In this document: piece after piece, positions 39,159 through 49,069 of the stretch
Layout of the letters: every line of letters begins with the position of its first letter
Position numbering within the stretch: the stretch's first letter is position 1
Assembly (NCBI GenBank): GCA_964417925.1
Contig: CAYQJV010000003.1
Location: 13,941-77,940 of the forward strand
DNA length: 64,000 bases
Direction: 5' to 3'
From: an uncultured bacterium
GTDB taxonomy: Bacteria > Hydrothermota > Tepidihabitantia > B3-TA06 > CAYQJV01
Notes under the pieces: model-generated
The model's database searches: none
What the model was told of the DNA's origin: nothing
The model's input: the letters and a program-made list of their open reading frames with translations, nothing else
Made by a program: the position numbers and the translations under genes

Positions 39159-39884
39159 ATGAGACTTAATAGATATCTGGCTATTTGTGGATTGGGAGCA
39201 AGGAGGAAGGTTGAGCAGTTTATAAAGGAAGGTAGAGTAAAGGTAAATGGAGTAGTTATAAGAGAACCATGGTACAGAGTAGGAGAAGATGAGAAAGTAG
39301 AGGTGGATGGAAAGGTGGTAACGCCCAAGGCTCCGGTTTATGTAATTTTAAATAAGCCTTCGGGCATTATTACTACAAAAAGTGATGAAAGAAATAGAAA
39401 AACGGTAATTTCTCTTTTACCTAAGAGATTCAAGTATCTTTTTCCAGTAGGTAGACTGGATAAGGACGTTACAGGTCTTGTCTTTTTAACAAATGATGGG
39501 GAAATTGCCCATAGATTAATGCATCCTCGGTTTGAAGTAGAAAAAGAATATATTGTAACTTTAAAAAGAAGAATTAATGACTATGCAGTGGAAAAAGCTA
39601 TAAAAGGTATAAAGATCAATGGAGATTTTTACAAAATAAAGAAACTGAAGATTATGAAAAGGACAAAGAAGCGGTCTATAGTGGATATTGTACTTACAGA
39701 AGGGAAAAAGAGGGAAATAAAGATTATTTTTAGAAATCTGGGTTATCCAGTCCTTTCTATAAAAAGAGTAAGAATAGGTTGTATTGCGATAGGAAGGATA
39801 AAGGAAGGGGAGTGGAGATATTTAACTTCCAAAGAGATAAAAAGATTAAAACAACTTGTTTATGGATATAAAAAAGGTAATTGA
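39159..39884 (+). CDS. RsuA/RluB-family pseudouridine synthase (S4 domain)
   Basis: S4 segment MRLNRYLAICGLGARRKVEQFIKEGRVKVNG and the catalytic motif VGRLDKDVTGLVFLTNDGE. Confidence 0.8.
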   Translation: MRLNRYLAICGLGARRKVEQFIKEGRVKVNGVVIREPWYRVGEDEKVEVDGKVVTPKAPVYVILNKPSGIITTKSDERNRKTVISLLPKRFKYLFPVGRLDKDVTGLVFLTNDGEIAHRLMHPRFEVEKEYIVTLKRRINDYAVEKAIKGIKINGDFYKIKKLKIMKRTKKRSIVDIVLTEGKKREIKIIFRNLGYPVLSIKRVRIGCIAIGRIKEGEWRYLTSKEIKRLKQLVYGYKKGN

Positions 39885-41268
39885 AAAAGCACGTATAGTT
39901 CAAAAAATATGGAGCGAGAAGCCAATAAAAGAAAGAACCTCATTCCTAAGAAGAATGCGAAAAGTAATGGAAAAGTGCTGTTCAGAAATAATCACAGCTA
40001 TACAGAAGGATACAGGTAAAGAAAAAACAGAGATTATTATTACAGAAATAATGTCTACCGATATGTTTATAGGGTGGAATATAAATAAAGCCGATAAAAT
40101 ACTTAGACCCAAAAAAGTGAAAACTCCATTTTGGTGTTTCTGGAAAAAATCATACATTTACTTTGAACCTATTGGAGTGATTGGGGTTATATCTCCATGG
40201 AACTTTCCATTTCATGCTTCCATCGTACCTTCTCTTGCTCCTCTTATTTGTGGAAACACAGTGATATTAAAGCCTTCAGAGTATACCCCAGAAACCACAA
40301 AAGTAATTAAAAAGATAATTGAAGAGGTAGGATTTCCTGAAGGGGTATTTAATGTAGTTGAAGGTGCTGAGAAGGAAGGAATAGAGATAGTAAGTAATGT
40401 GGATGGAGTAATGTTTACTGGAAGTACGGAAACAGGAAAGAAAGTAGCAGAAATTGCAGGAAAAAGGTTAATCCCATGTGTTCTTGAACTTGGGGGCAAG
40501 GATGCAATGTTGGTGTTGGAAGATGCTTTTCTTGAAAGAGCAGTAAATGCAGCAGTGTGGGGTGGGTTTTTAAATTCAGGCCAACTCTGTATATCCATTG
40601 AGATGGTGCTTTTACATGAAAAAATATACCAAAAATTCATGAGTATGTTATTAGAAAAGATTAAAAACATGGATGTAAAAATTAGAATCTTTGATAAGCA
40701 AAAAGATACTGTGTATTTTCATATCAGAGATGCATTAAGAAGGAAGGCTTCATTCCTTAAACCCTTAAAAGGGGACTTCCCTGCTATTATAGAAAATATC
40801 AACAAAAATATGATGATATTTAAAGAAGAAACTTTTGGTCCTGTTATTGCAGTAAGGAAGATAAAGACTGTAGAGGAAGGAATAGAATTTATAAACAGTT
40901 CAAGATATGGGCTTACTGCATCAATATGGACAAGGGATATAAAGAAGGCAGAAAATATTGCAAAAAAAGTAAAGGTAGGAAATGTAATGATAAATGATGT
41001 GATTACCATAATAAACAATCCATACCTTCCTTTTGGAGGGGTTAAAGAAAGCGGTATTGGAAGATATCATGCGGAGAATGGTTTTTACAGTTTCTGTAAT
41101 GTAAAATCGGTGATGGTGGATAAAGGATTCATGAAACGAGATTTCTATTGGTATCCTTATACAAGGAAGTTCAAATTATTTCTTGATTTATATTCTGGAT
41201 TTGTAGATAAAAATATTTTTAAAATGATAAAAAGCGTGTTGAAACTTCTGGTTAATAAATCATCTTAA
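39856..41268 (+). CDS. NAD(P)-dependent aldehyde dehydrogenase
   Basis: ALDH signatures ELGGKDAMLV (catalytic Glu) and FLNSGQLCISIE (catalytic Cys). GSTETG cofactor motif. Confidence 0.8.
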   Translation: MFMDIKKVIEKARIVQKIWSEKPIKERTSFLRRMRKVMEKCCSEIITAIQKDTGKEKTEIIITEIMSTDMFIGWNINKADKILRPKKVKTPFWCFWKKSYIYFEPIGVIGVISPWNFPFHASIVPSLAPLICGNTVILKPSEYTPETTKVIKKIIEEVGFPEGVFNVVEGAEKEGIEIVSNVDGVMFTGSTETGKKVAEIAGKRLIPCVLELGGKDAMLVLEDAFLERAVNAAVWGGFLNSGQLCISIEMVLLHEKIYQKFMSMLLEKIKNMDVKIRIFDKQKDTVYFHIRDALRRKASFLKPLKGDFPAIIENINKNMMIFKEETFGPVIAVRKIKTVEEGIEFINSSRYGLTASIWTRDIKKAENIAKKVKVGNVMINDVITIINNPYLPFGGVKESGIGRYHAENGFYSFCNVKSVMVDKGFMKRDFYWYPYTRKFKLFLDLYSGFVDKNIFKMIKSVLKLLVNKSS

Positions 41269-41636
41269 TGAGGTAATGCCTCCCACAATTTTGTAGAATA
41301 AACCTTTGATATGTACCTAATTGCTCCAAGATTTGTTCCACGTTTAGCAGCAATAAGTAGAAAAACCGATCCATCACCAATTAGTTTGGTAAGAAAGTGT
41401 CCTTGTTCTGTAGATAATAAATTGTCCACCATTTTCCCAAGTCTTGCATCTTCCACAGTAGCTATAATTCTTTTCATTACTGTGCTTAAATTGGCTGCTG
41501 CAAGTTCTGAATCCATATTCTCAGGATTTGGTGTATACTCAGATATTATAAGTCCATCTGAACTTACCAGTGAGACCGTTAAAATTCCATCAACCTGTTT
41601 CCCCATTTCTTCAAGAATATTTTTTATTTCCATCAT
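41265..41636 (-). CDS. Roadblock/LC7 (MglB-like) domain protein
   Basis: A ~120 aa protein with the GILTVSLVSSDGLIIS...GHFLTKLIGDGSVFLLIA pattern typical of the Roadblock/LC7 family. Confidence 0.65.
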   Translation of the reverse strand: MMEIKNILEEMGKQVDGILTVSLVSSDGLIISEYTPNPENMDSELAAANLSTVMKRIIATVEDARLGKMVDNLLSTEQGHFLTKLIGDGSVFLLIAAKRGTNLGAIRYISKVYSTKLWEALPH

Positions 41637-42676
41637 TTGCCCTCCTTATTTTTAAATTGAGAAAGCAACTTAAAGGCCTTTTGGGCATATAAGTTAAGTG
41701 GATCTATTTCAATACATTTTTTGAGGTATTCAAGAGCTTTCTTGGGATCCTTTTTAAAAAACTCTACTCCTTTTTTATACAGGAGTTCACATAATACAGA
41801 GTTTATAAGTCCATCGCTTTTTTTTAAGTTATGTGCCTTTTGCAGATCTGCAATTGCTTCGTCAATTTTGCCAAGTTTTTTATACAGAATTCCTCTATTG
41901 AGATAAAATTTGTAGTTATTGGGAGAAAGTTGTATAGCTTTTGTGTAATCGCTCAGGGCATCCTTGTATTTTTCAATTTTTTCATATGCCTTACCACGGT
42001 TGCTGTAAAATAAAGGATTTTCGGGATCAAATTTTATTGCATTGGTATAATCATCTATTGCTCTATCGTATTTCTTAATCTCAGAAAATAGCCTTCCTCT
42101 GTTGTTATAAGCAAGAGCATAAGTGGAATCCAAAGATAAGGCTTTGGTGTAATAAAATAAGGCTTTTTGCTTTTCTTGATTATATTCGTAACCCATTGCA
42201 AGGTTATGGGTTATTAAAGGATTAAGGGAGTCTATTTCATAAGCTTTCTTGAAGTAAATTAATGCACTATCATATTGTTCGGTCTTAAAATACACAATTC
42301 CAAGGTTATTGTAATACTCGGCATTTTCAGGAGAAAGTTCTATTGCGGTTTTAAAATCCAGTATTGCTGCAGCATAATTTTTAAGATTTAGATAGGCAGT
42401 TCCTCGGTTATAGTAATATATTGCCTTTTCAGGGGAAATAGCTATTGCTTTATTAAAATAATCTACCGCAGTGTTATAATCCCTTAAAGAGAAATAACAT
42501 AGTCCTAACCCATTATATGCTTCTGCGTTGTAAGGATTTTCTTTTAATACTTTATTAAATTCTTTTATCGCCTTTTCATAATTACCTGTAGTATAGTAGT
42601 TTTTTGCTTTTGAAAGGTAATACGATGCACATCCTAATAAAAGCAAGAAAATGGTGAAAAATTTTCTGTTATTCAT
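41633..42676 (-). CDS. Tetratricopeptide-repeat lipoprotein
   Basis: Signal peptide with lipobox LLGC. It contains 8 or more canonical 34-aa TPR units (AEAYNGLGLCYF..., AIYYYNRGTAY..., etc.). Confidence 0.7.
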   Translation of the reverse strand: MNNRKFFTIFLLLLGCASYYLSKAKNYYTTGNYEKAIKEFNKVLKENPYNAEAYNGLGLCYFSLRDYNTAVDYFNKAIAISPEKAIYYYNRGTAYLNLKNYAAAILDFKTAIELSPENAEYYNNLGIVYFKTEQYDSALIYFKKAYEIDSLNPLITHNLAMGYEYNQEKQKALFYYTKALSLDSTYALAYNNRGRLFSEIKKYDRAIDDYTNAIKFDPENPLFYSNRGKAYEKIEKYKDALSDYTKAIQLSPNNYKFYLNRGILYKKLGKIDEAIADLQKAHNLKKSDGLINSVLCELLYKKGVEFFKKDPKKALEYLKKCIEIDPLNLYAQKAFKLLSQFKNKEGK

Positions 42677-42683
42677 TATATTT

Positions 42684-42712
42684 AATTATCCTCTTAAAAA
42701 GTAAACTGTCAA
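42684..42712 (-). promoter_or_regulatory. Sigma70-like promoter (TTGACA-17-ATAATT on minus strand), -10 ends 7 nt before TPR start codon
   Basis: Plus strand: TGTCAA at 42707-42712 and AATTAT at 42684-42689. Start codon CAT at 42674-42676. Confidence 0.35.
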
Positions 42713-42844
42713 GTTTATTGATTTGATTCTGTTGGATGTATAATTAAAAATCATGGAGCTTTATGGAGGTAGCCCATTTTTAAAAAAGTATTAAAAGATT
42801 ATTTTCTTTTAGGTTCCATTTTAACATTTATTTTATTATCTTTT

Positions 42845-43292
42845 TTGTTCCCCTGTAAAATAAGAAAATATCCTGAATTTGTTGATTGGACAACAATGGT
42901 TATTTTAACTTCGCTCATTATAATTACTACAGGTTTAAAGGAAAGTGGATTCTTCCAGCATATTTCCGAGAATTTGGTTTTTGGATTTAAAAACGAAAGA
43001 AAGCTCGCTTTGGTGATGATAATAATTTCTGTGTTTTTTTCTATGTTTTTGACAAACGATATTACACTTTTTATTTTGATTCCCATTACCCTTGAAATGC
43101 AAAAAAGACTCAAAAATGATTTAAGAAAGTTAATAATTTTTGAAAACTATCGCAGTAAATGTTGGCTCTCTTTTAACTCCTGGAGGGAATCCACAAAATG
43201 TATTTATATGGCACAGATGGGATGTTCCTTTTGTTAAATTCATATGGAGAATGCTTCCAGCAGAATTGGTTTGTTTTGGGTACTCTTTATAA
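42845..43292 (+). pseudogene. Remnant of an ArsB/NhaD-superfamily (YbiR-like) anion permease; frameshifted and 3'-truncated
   Basis: The frame from 42845 gives a permease N-terminal TM hairpin (...FLTNDITLFILIPITLEM) and then diverges. The 43137-43292 frame gives IAVNVGSLLTPGGNPQNVFIW, the family hallmark. Only ~150 of the expected >400 aa are present, and 43293-43502 is non-coding. Confidence 0.55.
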
Positions 43293-43467
43293 TTGCTTTA
43301 TTTGAATTCAAAGATAATGCTTTATATTTACATGTTAAATTTTATAATCACAAAGTTAACAAACTATACCTCTTAAATTTTTTCTGCATTCAGTAAAAGA
43401 AAATCTACTTGAATTTTATATAACAGGCATTGTGCTTTCACAACTTATAAGTAATATCTCTTTTAAA

Positions 43468-43495
43468 TTGACTTTTTGAAATATTCTAAGATAAT
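43468..43495 (+). promoter_or_regulatory. Sigma70-like promoter TTGACT-16-GATAAT, -10 ends 7 nt before ATG 43503 (leaderless-type)
   Basis: TTGACT at 43468-43473, GATAAT at 43490-43495. Confidence 0.35.
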
Positions 43496-43502
43496 TTAAA
43501 TA

Positions 43503-43979
43503 ATGAAAAAAATAGTTTTTTCTGGATTTGTGGCGTTTATTTTCTGTTGTGGATATTCCACTCGGGCTTTACTGCCTCCTTATTTAAAATCCATCTATAT
43601 TTCTCAGCCTGTAAATAATACTACAAAACCTATGTTGGAGGAAGTACTCAAACGAAATCTTGAGATGAGTTTTATTAAAGATGGAAATCTAAAGGTAGTG
43701 GGATCTATTGATGAAGCTTCTCTCATATGTGAGACCACAATAAAAAATTATTCAAAGTCTCCTGTGGAGTATACTGTAGATCAATTTGTACGACACTGGA
43801 GAATTACCATTACAGTACATGTGAAATGTACTGACCAAATAAAAAACAGAATTTTTTGGGAAGGAGATGTTTCTTTTTGGGAAGATATTCAACGAATAGA
43901 GGATGAGGAAAAAGCTATAGATACTCTTTTTAAAAGGATTTCACAGGAGATTGTAGTAAAAACAGTTACCAATTGGTAG
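43503..43979 (+). CDS. Small lipoprotein (LptE-like size and architecture?)
   Basis: Signal peptide with ...FIFCCGYS lipobox-like Cys, followed by a ~130 aa beta-rich domain. The LptE assignment is speculative. Confidence 0.4.
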   Translation: MKKIVFSGFVAFIFCCGYSTRALLPPYLKSIYISQPVNNTTKPMLEEVLKRNLEMSFIKDGNLKVVGSIDEASLICETTIKNYSKSPVEYTVDQFVRHWRITITVHVKCTDQIKNRIFWEGDVSFWEDIQRIEDEEKAIDTLFKRISQEIVVKTVTNW

Positions 43980-43980
43980 A

Positions 43981-45282
43981 TTGATAGTTTCGGTTGAGAA
44001 GATTGTATACGGAGGCTATGCTCTTGCAAGACACAAGGGGAAAGTAATTTTCATAAAGAACGTACTTCCAGAGGAAAAGGTAAAAATAAAAATAGTCAAA
44101 GAAAAAAAGGACCATGCTTTTGCCGAGGTGGTGGATATAATAGAATCCTCCGTACATAGACAAGATCCAGAATGTCAACATTTTGGATTGTGTGGTGGAT
44201 GTGATTTTCAGTATGTATCGTATGAATATGAGATGTTTTTAAAAAAAGAGATGCTTGAGGAACTTTTAAAAAGGGAAAAGATAGATGTTGAGATTAAGGA
44301 AGTTGTGGTTTCAAAATCTCATAAAGGATATAGAAATAAAAGTGAACTTCCTGTAAAGGGAGGTAAAAGAGTAAGAATAGGTTTTTTTGAAAGTAAAAGT
44401 CATAGAGTTGTAAATATTAAAGAGTGTACAGTGCATCCAAGATTTTTTAACGAGATTATAGAGGTGTTGAGAGGGAAAATAGAAAGGACAAAGGTATCCA
44501 TATACGATGAGAATACAGGAAGAGGAGATTTAAGGTACATCATACTGCGAACAAACCCTGCAAAAGATGTACTTATTGGATTTGTTTCTAAGTCCGGTAG
44601 TCTTTCCCATGAGGCCTGGAAAGGAGTAGAAAAGAGATTTAAAAATATCAAAGGAATTCTGGTAAATTACAATCCATTTTCTGGTTCAAAAATAACCGGC
44701 GATAGGATAAAAAATGTTTATGGTAGAGATTTCTTGAAATACCGGATCAATGGGAAGACATTTATAGTAAGTTTTCTTTCGTTCTTTCAGACAAATTCCT
44801 ATCAATTGGAGAATATGGTGGGGCTAATAAAAGATCTTCTATCCCCTGAAAAAAACGATAGAATAGGTGATTTATATTCAGGGGTTGGATTGTTTGGAAT
44901 ATCCTTGGCAGAGGATGTGAAGCATGTGGTTTTGATAGAGCAAGCATCAAGCTCAGTAGAGGATGCAAGAAAAAATATTGAAATTAATCAGTTGGTAAAT
45001 ATAGAGGTAGTAAAAGGAGATGCATCCTGGATAAGAGAGTTTGAAGGTATAAATAAACTGATAGTGGACCCCCCAAGGAAAGGGATGTCTGATGAGGTGA
45101 TAAAAGCAATACTGCATTTAAGCCCTGAGAGGATAGCTTATGTATCGTGTAATCCAGCCACTTTTGCAAGAGATATTAAAAAACTGGAAGAAAAATACAG
45201 GCTTCAATATGTTGTTCTTATAGATATGTTTCCCAGAACATACCATATGGAGGTTGTTGGTTTACTTTTAAAAAATGATTAA
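43981..45282 (+). CDS. rlmD: 23S rRNA (uracil-C5)-methyltransferase RlmD/RumA family (TRAM + 4Fe-4S + MTase)
   Basis: TRAM segment IVYGGYALARHKGKVIFIKNVLPEEKVKIKI. Cys cluster CQHFGLCGGCDFQ. SAM motif DLYSGVGLFG. Catalytic DPPRKG and C-terminal Cys (VSCNP). Confidence 0.8.
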   Translation: MIVSVEKIVYGGYALARHKGKVIFIKNVLPEEKVKIKIVKEKKDHAFAEVVDIIESSVHRQDPECQHFGLCGGCDFQYVSYEYEMFLKKEMLEELLKREKIDVEIKEVVVSKSHKGYRNKSELPVKGGKRVRIGFFESKSHRVVNIKECTVHPRFFNEIIEVLRGKIERTKVSIYDENTGRGDLRYIILRTNPAKDVLIGFVSKSGSLSHEAWKGVEKRFKNIKGILVNYNPFSGSKITGDRIKNVYGRDFLKYRINGKTFIVSFLSFFQTNSYQLENMVGLIKDLLSPEKNDRIGDLYSGVGLFGISLAEDVKHVVLIEQASSSVEDARKNIEINQLVNIEVVKGDASWIREFEGINKLIVDPPRKGMSDEVIKAILHLSPERIAYVSCNPATFARDIKKLEEKYRLQYVVLIDMFPRTYHMEVVGLLLKND

Positions 45283-46684
45283 GATAAAAAATTCAAAGAT
45301 ATGGGGTGAAAAAGGCTATGAACATACAAGTATTATTATTGAACACGAAAGGATAATATCTGTAGATGTAGATATAAAAGAAGCAGATTTTGAAAATGTA
45401 TACGTACTGCCCGGTTTTATAGATTCACATATTCATCTTGTGGAATACGGAGAGACTTTTGTATTCCCATCTCTTGACGAGGTAGAATCAAAAGAGCATG
45501 CGATGGAACTTCTTTTTGAGGGCCTTGGGATCGCAAGATATACAGGCTTTTTATACGCCTTTGGAATAGATCCAGAGAAAGCAAAGATAACTTCTGAAGA
45601 TTTGGATAAAGTATCAAAAAAGGTTCCTGTAATTGTTCGAAGGATAGATGGACATTCTGCATATCTCAACCATAAGGCAATGGAATTTTTAAAAGTAGTG
45701 CCTCAGCCTGTATATAAAGGAGAGGAAAACAAGTATATAGTAGAGAAAGTAGAAAGAGCTGTACCTTGGGAAGTAAAAGAAGAAGGGATACTTAAAGCAC
45801 AGAATAAATTGTTAAAATACGGTATAACCCATGTGGTTTCAATGACCCAAGAATATGATTGCGAAGGTCTTTTGAAATTAAAGGATAAACTCATAATTGA
45901 CGTGACGGTGTTTTGTCAAACTGAAGATGTGAAGATGGTAAAACGGCTTGGACTACCAAGAATAGGAGGATGTTTACTCATAGACGGATCTTTTGGTTCC
46001 CATACTGCAGCAATTTCATTTCCCTATAACGATAAAAAACAAACAAAAGGAGTGCTCTACTACACTGAGGAAGAGTTAAAGAGACTCGTTAAAAAATTCG
46101 CTCAAAACAATTTACAGATGACATTCCATGCTATAGGAGATAAAGCAATCTCTATGTTACTATGTGCCTATGAAGAGGTAATAGAGAGAGAAAATACACA
46201 GAGGCATAGAATAGAGCATGCTGAGCTCTTGAACAATCATATGATAGAAAAAATCAAAGAACTTGATATAATTATATCAGCTCAGCCAGGATTTGAGTAT
46301 TATTGGGGAGGTAAAGGTAATCTCTACGAAAAAAGATTAGGGATGAGGTATATTTTAACAAATCCTTTCAAGGAGATTTTGGAAAAAAATATCAAATTGT
46401 GCTTTGGGTCGGATGCTCCTATTACTGATCCAGCTCCTTTCTATGTATTTCAAGGAAGTATACGTCATCCAAATTCAATTCACAGGATAAGATTTGAACA
46501 AGCAATAAGATGCTACACAATTAACGGAGCATATGCAGTGTTTGAAGAAAAGAATAAAGGAAGTATAGAAAAAGGAAAAATTGCAGATATAATTCTCTTT
46601 GATAAGGATCCATCCAAGAATTACAACCTTAACCCCTGTGCAGTGATCAAAGAAGGTAGAATAGTTGCTCAATATTGTGATTAG
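45275..46684 (+). CDS. Metal-dependent amidohydrolase (amidohydrolase-3 / COG1574-like)
   Basis: N-terminal metal-binding DSHIHL, plus internal HAIGD and C-terminal GSDAP motifs typical of the amidohydrolase superfamily. Confidence 0.65.
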   Translation: MIKIKNSKIWGEKGYEHTSIIIEHERIISVDVDIKEADFENVYVLPGFIDSHIHLVEYGETFVFPSLDEVESKEHAMELLFEGLGIARYTGFLYAFGIDPEKAKITSEDLDKVSKKVPVIVRRIDGHSAYLNHKAMEFLKVVPQPVYKGEENKYIVEKVERAVPWEVKEEGILKAQNKLLKYGITHVVSMTQEYDCEGLLKLKDKLIIDVTVFCQTEDVKMVKRLGLPRIGGCLLIDGSFGSHTAAISFPYNDKKQTKGVLYYTEEELKRLVKKFAQNNLQMTFHAIGDKAISMLLCAYEEVIERENTQRHRIEHAELLNNHMIEKIKELDIIISAQPGFEYYWGGKGNLYEKRLGMRYILTNPFKEILEKNIKLCFGSDAPITDPAPFYVFQGSIRHPNSIHRIRFEQAIRCYTINGAYAVFEEKNKGSIEKGKIADIILFDKDPSKNYNLNPCAVIKEGRIVAQYCD

Positions 46685-46744
46685 ATATTTCCATAAATCA
46701 AATTTTGGAATATGATTTTCTACAAATTTTAAAGAGGTATAGAA

Positions 46745-46772
46745 TTGACAAAACTTGAAAATTGGGTAATAT
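46745..46772 (+). promoter_or_regulatory. Sigma70-like promoter TTGACA-16-TAATAT, -10 ends 6 nt before ATG 46779 (leaderless-type)
   Basis: TTGACA at 46745-46750, TAATAT at 46767-46772. Confidence 0.4.
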
Positions 46773-46778
46773 TTTTAG

Positions 46779-47963
46779 ATGGAGTTGTTTAAAAAGTGTG
46801 AAGATTTTTATCCTGTTGTGGAGAGGGCTTACAGGGAGAATTATTATCCTTATTTTATTCCAATAGATTCCCAGCCGGACCACAATGTTGTGATTTCTGG
46901 TAAGAGGATGATAATGCTTGGTTCAAATAACTATCTTGGCCTTACTTCTGATCCCAGAGTAAAAAAAGCAGCGATAGAGGCTGTAGAGAAGTACGGTACA
47001 GGTTGTACAGGCTCCAGATTTCTGAATGGTACGCTTGATATCCATGTGAAGTTGGAAAGGGAGCTTGCTGAGTTTTTTGAAAAGGATGATTGTATTGTTT
47101 TTTCCACTGGATATCAGGCAAATCTTGGAGTAATTTCTGCTCTTGTTCAGAAAGGCGATTATGTAATTACTGACAAATTGGATCATGCCTCAATAATTGA
47201 TGGATGTAGGTTATCTTTTGGAGAAATGGTGAGGTTTGTCCATAATGATATGGAGAGTCTTGAGAATGTATTGAAGAAGCTTCCTAAGGAAGCAGGAAAG
47301 TTGATAGTGGTAGATGGGATATTTTCAATGGATGGTGATATTGCAAAACTTCCTGAAATAGTTTCTCTTGCAAAAAAATATGGAGCAAGGGTGATGGTGG
47401 ATGATGCCCATGCTGTTGGAGTTCTGGGTGAGAGAGGGGCAGGCACAGCAGAGTATTTCGGTATGCTTTCTCAGGTAGATTTAATAATGGGAACATTCAG
47501 TAAATCATTTGCATCTCTTGGGGGGTTTGTGGTGGGGGAGAAAAAGGTAATAACCTATATAAGGCATCATGCAAGATCCCTTATATTTTCTGCGAGTATG
47601 CCTCCTTCTGCAGTAGCAACTGCGAGAAAGGCACTTGAGATAATAAAAAATGAGCCTGAAAGGAGGAAAAAGTTGTGGAAAAATACAGAGAAGATGCTCA
47701 AGGGATTTAAAAGCATTGGTTTTGATACAGGAACTGCAGAAACACCGGTTATCCCTATAATAATAGGGGATGATATGCTTACCATAAGGTTTTGGAAAGA
47801 ACTTTTTGAAAATGGAGTTTTTGTAAATCCAGTTCTTCCTCCTGCAGTACCGCCTAAGAAATCTCTTTTAAGAACCAGTTATATGGCAACCCATGAGGAG
47901 GAGGAACTGGATGAGGCACTTTCAATTTTTGAGAAAATTGGTAAAAAACTGGGGATAGTATGA
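46779..47963 (+). CDS. PLP-dependent alpha-oxoamine synthase (serine palmitoyltransferase / Kbl / BioF family)
   Basis: LGSNNYLGL. The PLP-lysine segment [14 protein letters not shown] and [15 protein letters not shown] are present. No bioA/bioD or tdh gene nearby. It is translationally coupled (ATGA) to a GNAT-like acyltransferase. Confidence 0.8.
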   Translation: MELFKKCEDFYPVVERAYRENYYPYFIPIDSQPDHNVVISGKRMIMLGSNNYLGLTSDPRVKKAAIEAVEKYGTGCTGSRFLNGTLDIHVKLERELAEFFEKDDCIVFSTGYQANLGVISALVQKGDYVITDKLDHASIIDGCRLSFGEMVRFVHNDMESLENVLKKLPKEAGKLIVVDGIFSMDGDIAKLPEIVSLAKKYGARVMVDDAHAVGVLGERGAGTAEYFGMLSQVDLIMGTFSKSFASLGGFVVGEKKVITYIRHHARSLIFSASMPPSAVATARKALEIIKNEPERRKKLWKNTEKMLKGFKSIGFDTGTAETPVIPIIIGDDMLTIRFWKELFENGVFVNPVLPPAVPPKKSLLRTSYMATHEEEELDEALSIFEKIGKKLGIV

Positions 47964-49069
47964 TAGAGATAGAAGAGGTTAAAGAAAAAGATATAACTAA
48001 GTTTATAAAGTTTGCGTGGAAGATTTATAAAAATGATAAAAATTGGGTACCTCCGTTGATTTCAGAGCAAAAAGAAATCTTATCTTTGAAGAAGAATCCG
48101 TTTTTTGAACATGCAGAGGGGATTTACTTTATGGCTTATAAAAATGGAGAACCTGTAGGTAGAATTGCAGGTTTTGTAGACAGAAATCATATTGAATTTC
48201 ATCAAGAAAATGCAGGATTCTTTGGATTTTTTGAATGTATCAATGATTTTGAAGTTGCCCGCGTATTGTTTGATTCGGTGAAGAATTGGCTTAAGGGAAA
48301 GGGAATGGAAATAATGAGAGGTCCTATGAATCCTTCTACAAACGATGAGTGTGCTTTCTTACTTGAGGGATATGATTCTCCACCTGTTATAATGATGACC
48401 TATAATCCTCCGTATTATCATGATCTTGTAAAACGTTATGGGATGAGAAAGGCAAAGGATCTGTATGCATATTACCACTGGACACACAGACCGTTACCTG
48501 AGAAGTTAATGAGAATAGTGGAGAAGTTGAAGAATAAAAAGGAAATTCAGGTAAGGCCTATCACACCTGAAACACTGGAAGAAGATATAAAAAAGATCAA
48601 AATCATATATAACTCAGCTTGGGCAAAGAACTGGGGATTTGTTCCTATGACAGAGCATGAGTTTGATGTAATGGTGGAGAAATTGAAACAGATATATATT
48701 CCAGAACTTGCATTACTTGCAGAAATAGATGGAGAACCTGCAGGTGTTAGTGTTACCATTCCTGATTATAATCAGGTGCTTATACATTTGAATGGAAGAT
48801 TAACTCCTTGGGCTATTATTAAGTTCTTTTATTATAAGAGAAAGGTAGATCAATTAAGACTTTTAATATTAGGGGTAAGGCCTGAATTTCAAAAAACAGG
48901 GGTGGATGCATTGTTATATTATCATACCTTTGAAAATGCAAAAAAGTTGGGTTACAAAGGAGGAGAAATTTCATGGATTCTTGAAGATAACTATATGATC
49001 ATAAGACCTATTGAGATGTTTGGGGCAAAGTTATATAAGAAGTATAGAATATATGAGATTGATATCTAA
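47960..49069 (+). CDS. Tandem-GNAT-fold N-acyltransferase (candidate ceramide/aminolipid N-acyltransferase)
   Basis: The C-terminal half has GNAT motif [18 protein letters not shown]. The N-terminal half has a GNAT-like beta-alpha pattern. The start overlaps the stop of the AOS gene. Confidence 0.45.
   Translation: MIEIEEVKEKDITKFIKFAWKIYKNDKNWVPPLISEQKEILSLKKNPFFEHAEGIYFMAYKNGEPVGRIAGFVDRNHIEFHQENAGFFGFFECINDFEVARVLFDSVKNWLKGKGMEIMRGPMNPSTNDECAFLLEGYDSPPVIMMTYNPPYYHDLVKRYGMRKAKDLYAYYHWTHRPLPEKLMRIVEKLKNKKEIQVRPITPETLEEDIKKIKIIYNSAWAKNWGFVPMTEHEFDVMVEKLKQIYIPELALLAEIDGEPAGVSVTIPDYNQVLIHLNGRLTPWAIIKFFYYKRKVDQLRLLILGVRPEFQKTGVDALLYYHTFENAKKLGYKGGEISWILEDNYMIIRPIEMFGAKLYKKYRIYEIDI

Noticed and set aside
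41265-42676. Roadblock/LC7 + TPR lipoprotein pair as an MglAB-like polarity module
   Set aside because: No MglA-like small GTPase is adjacent, so a functional inference is not justified from this window.
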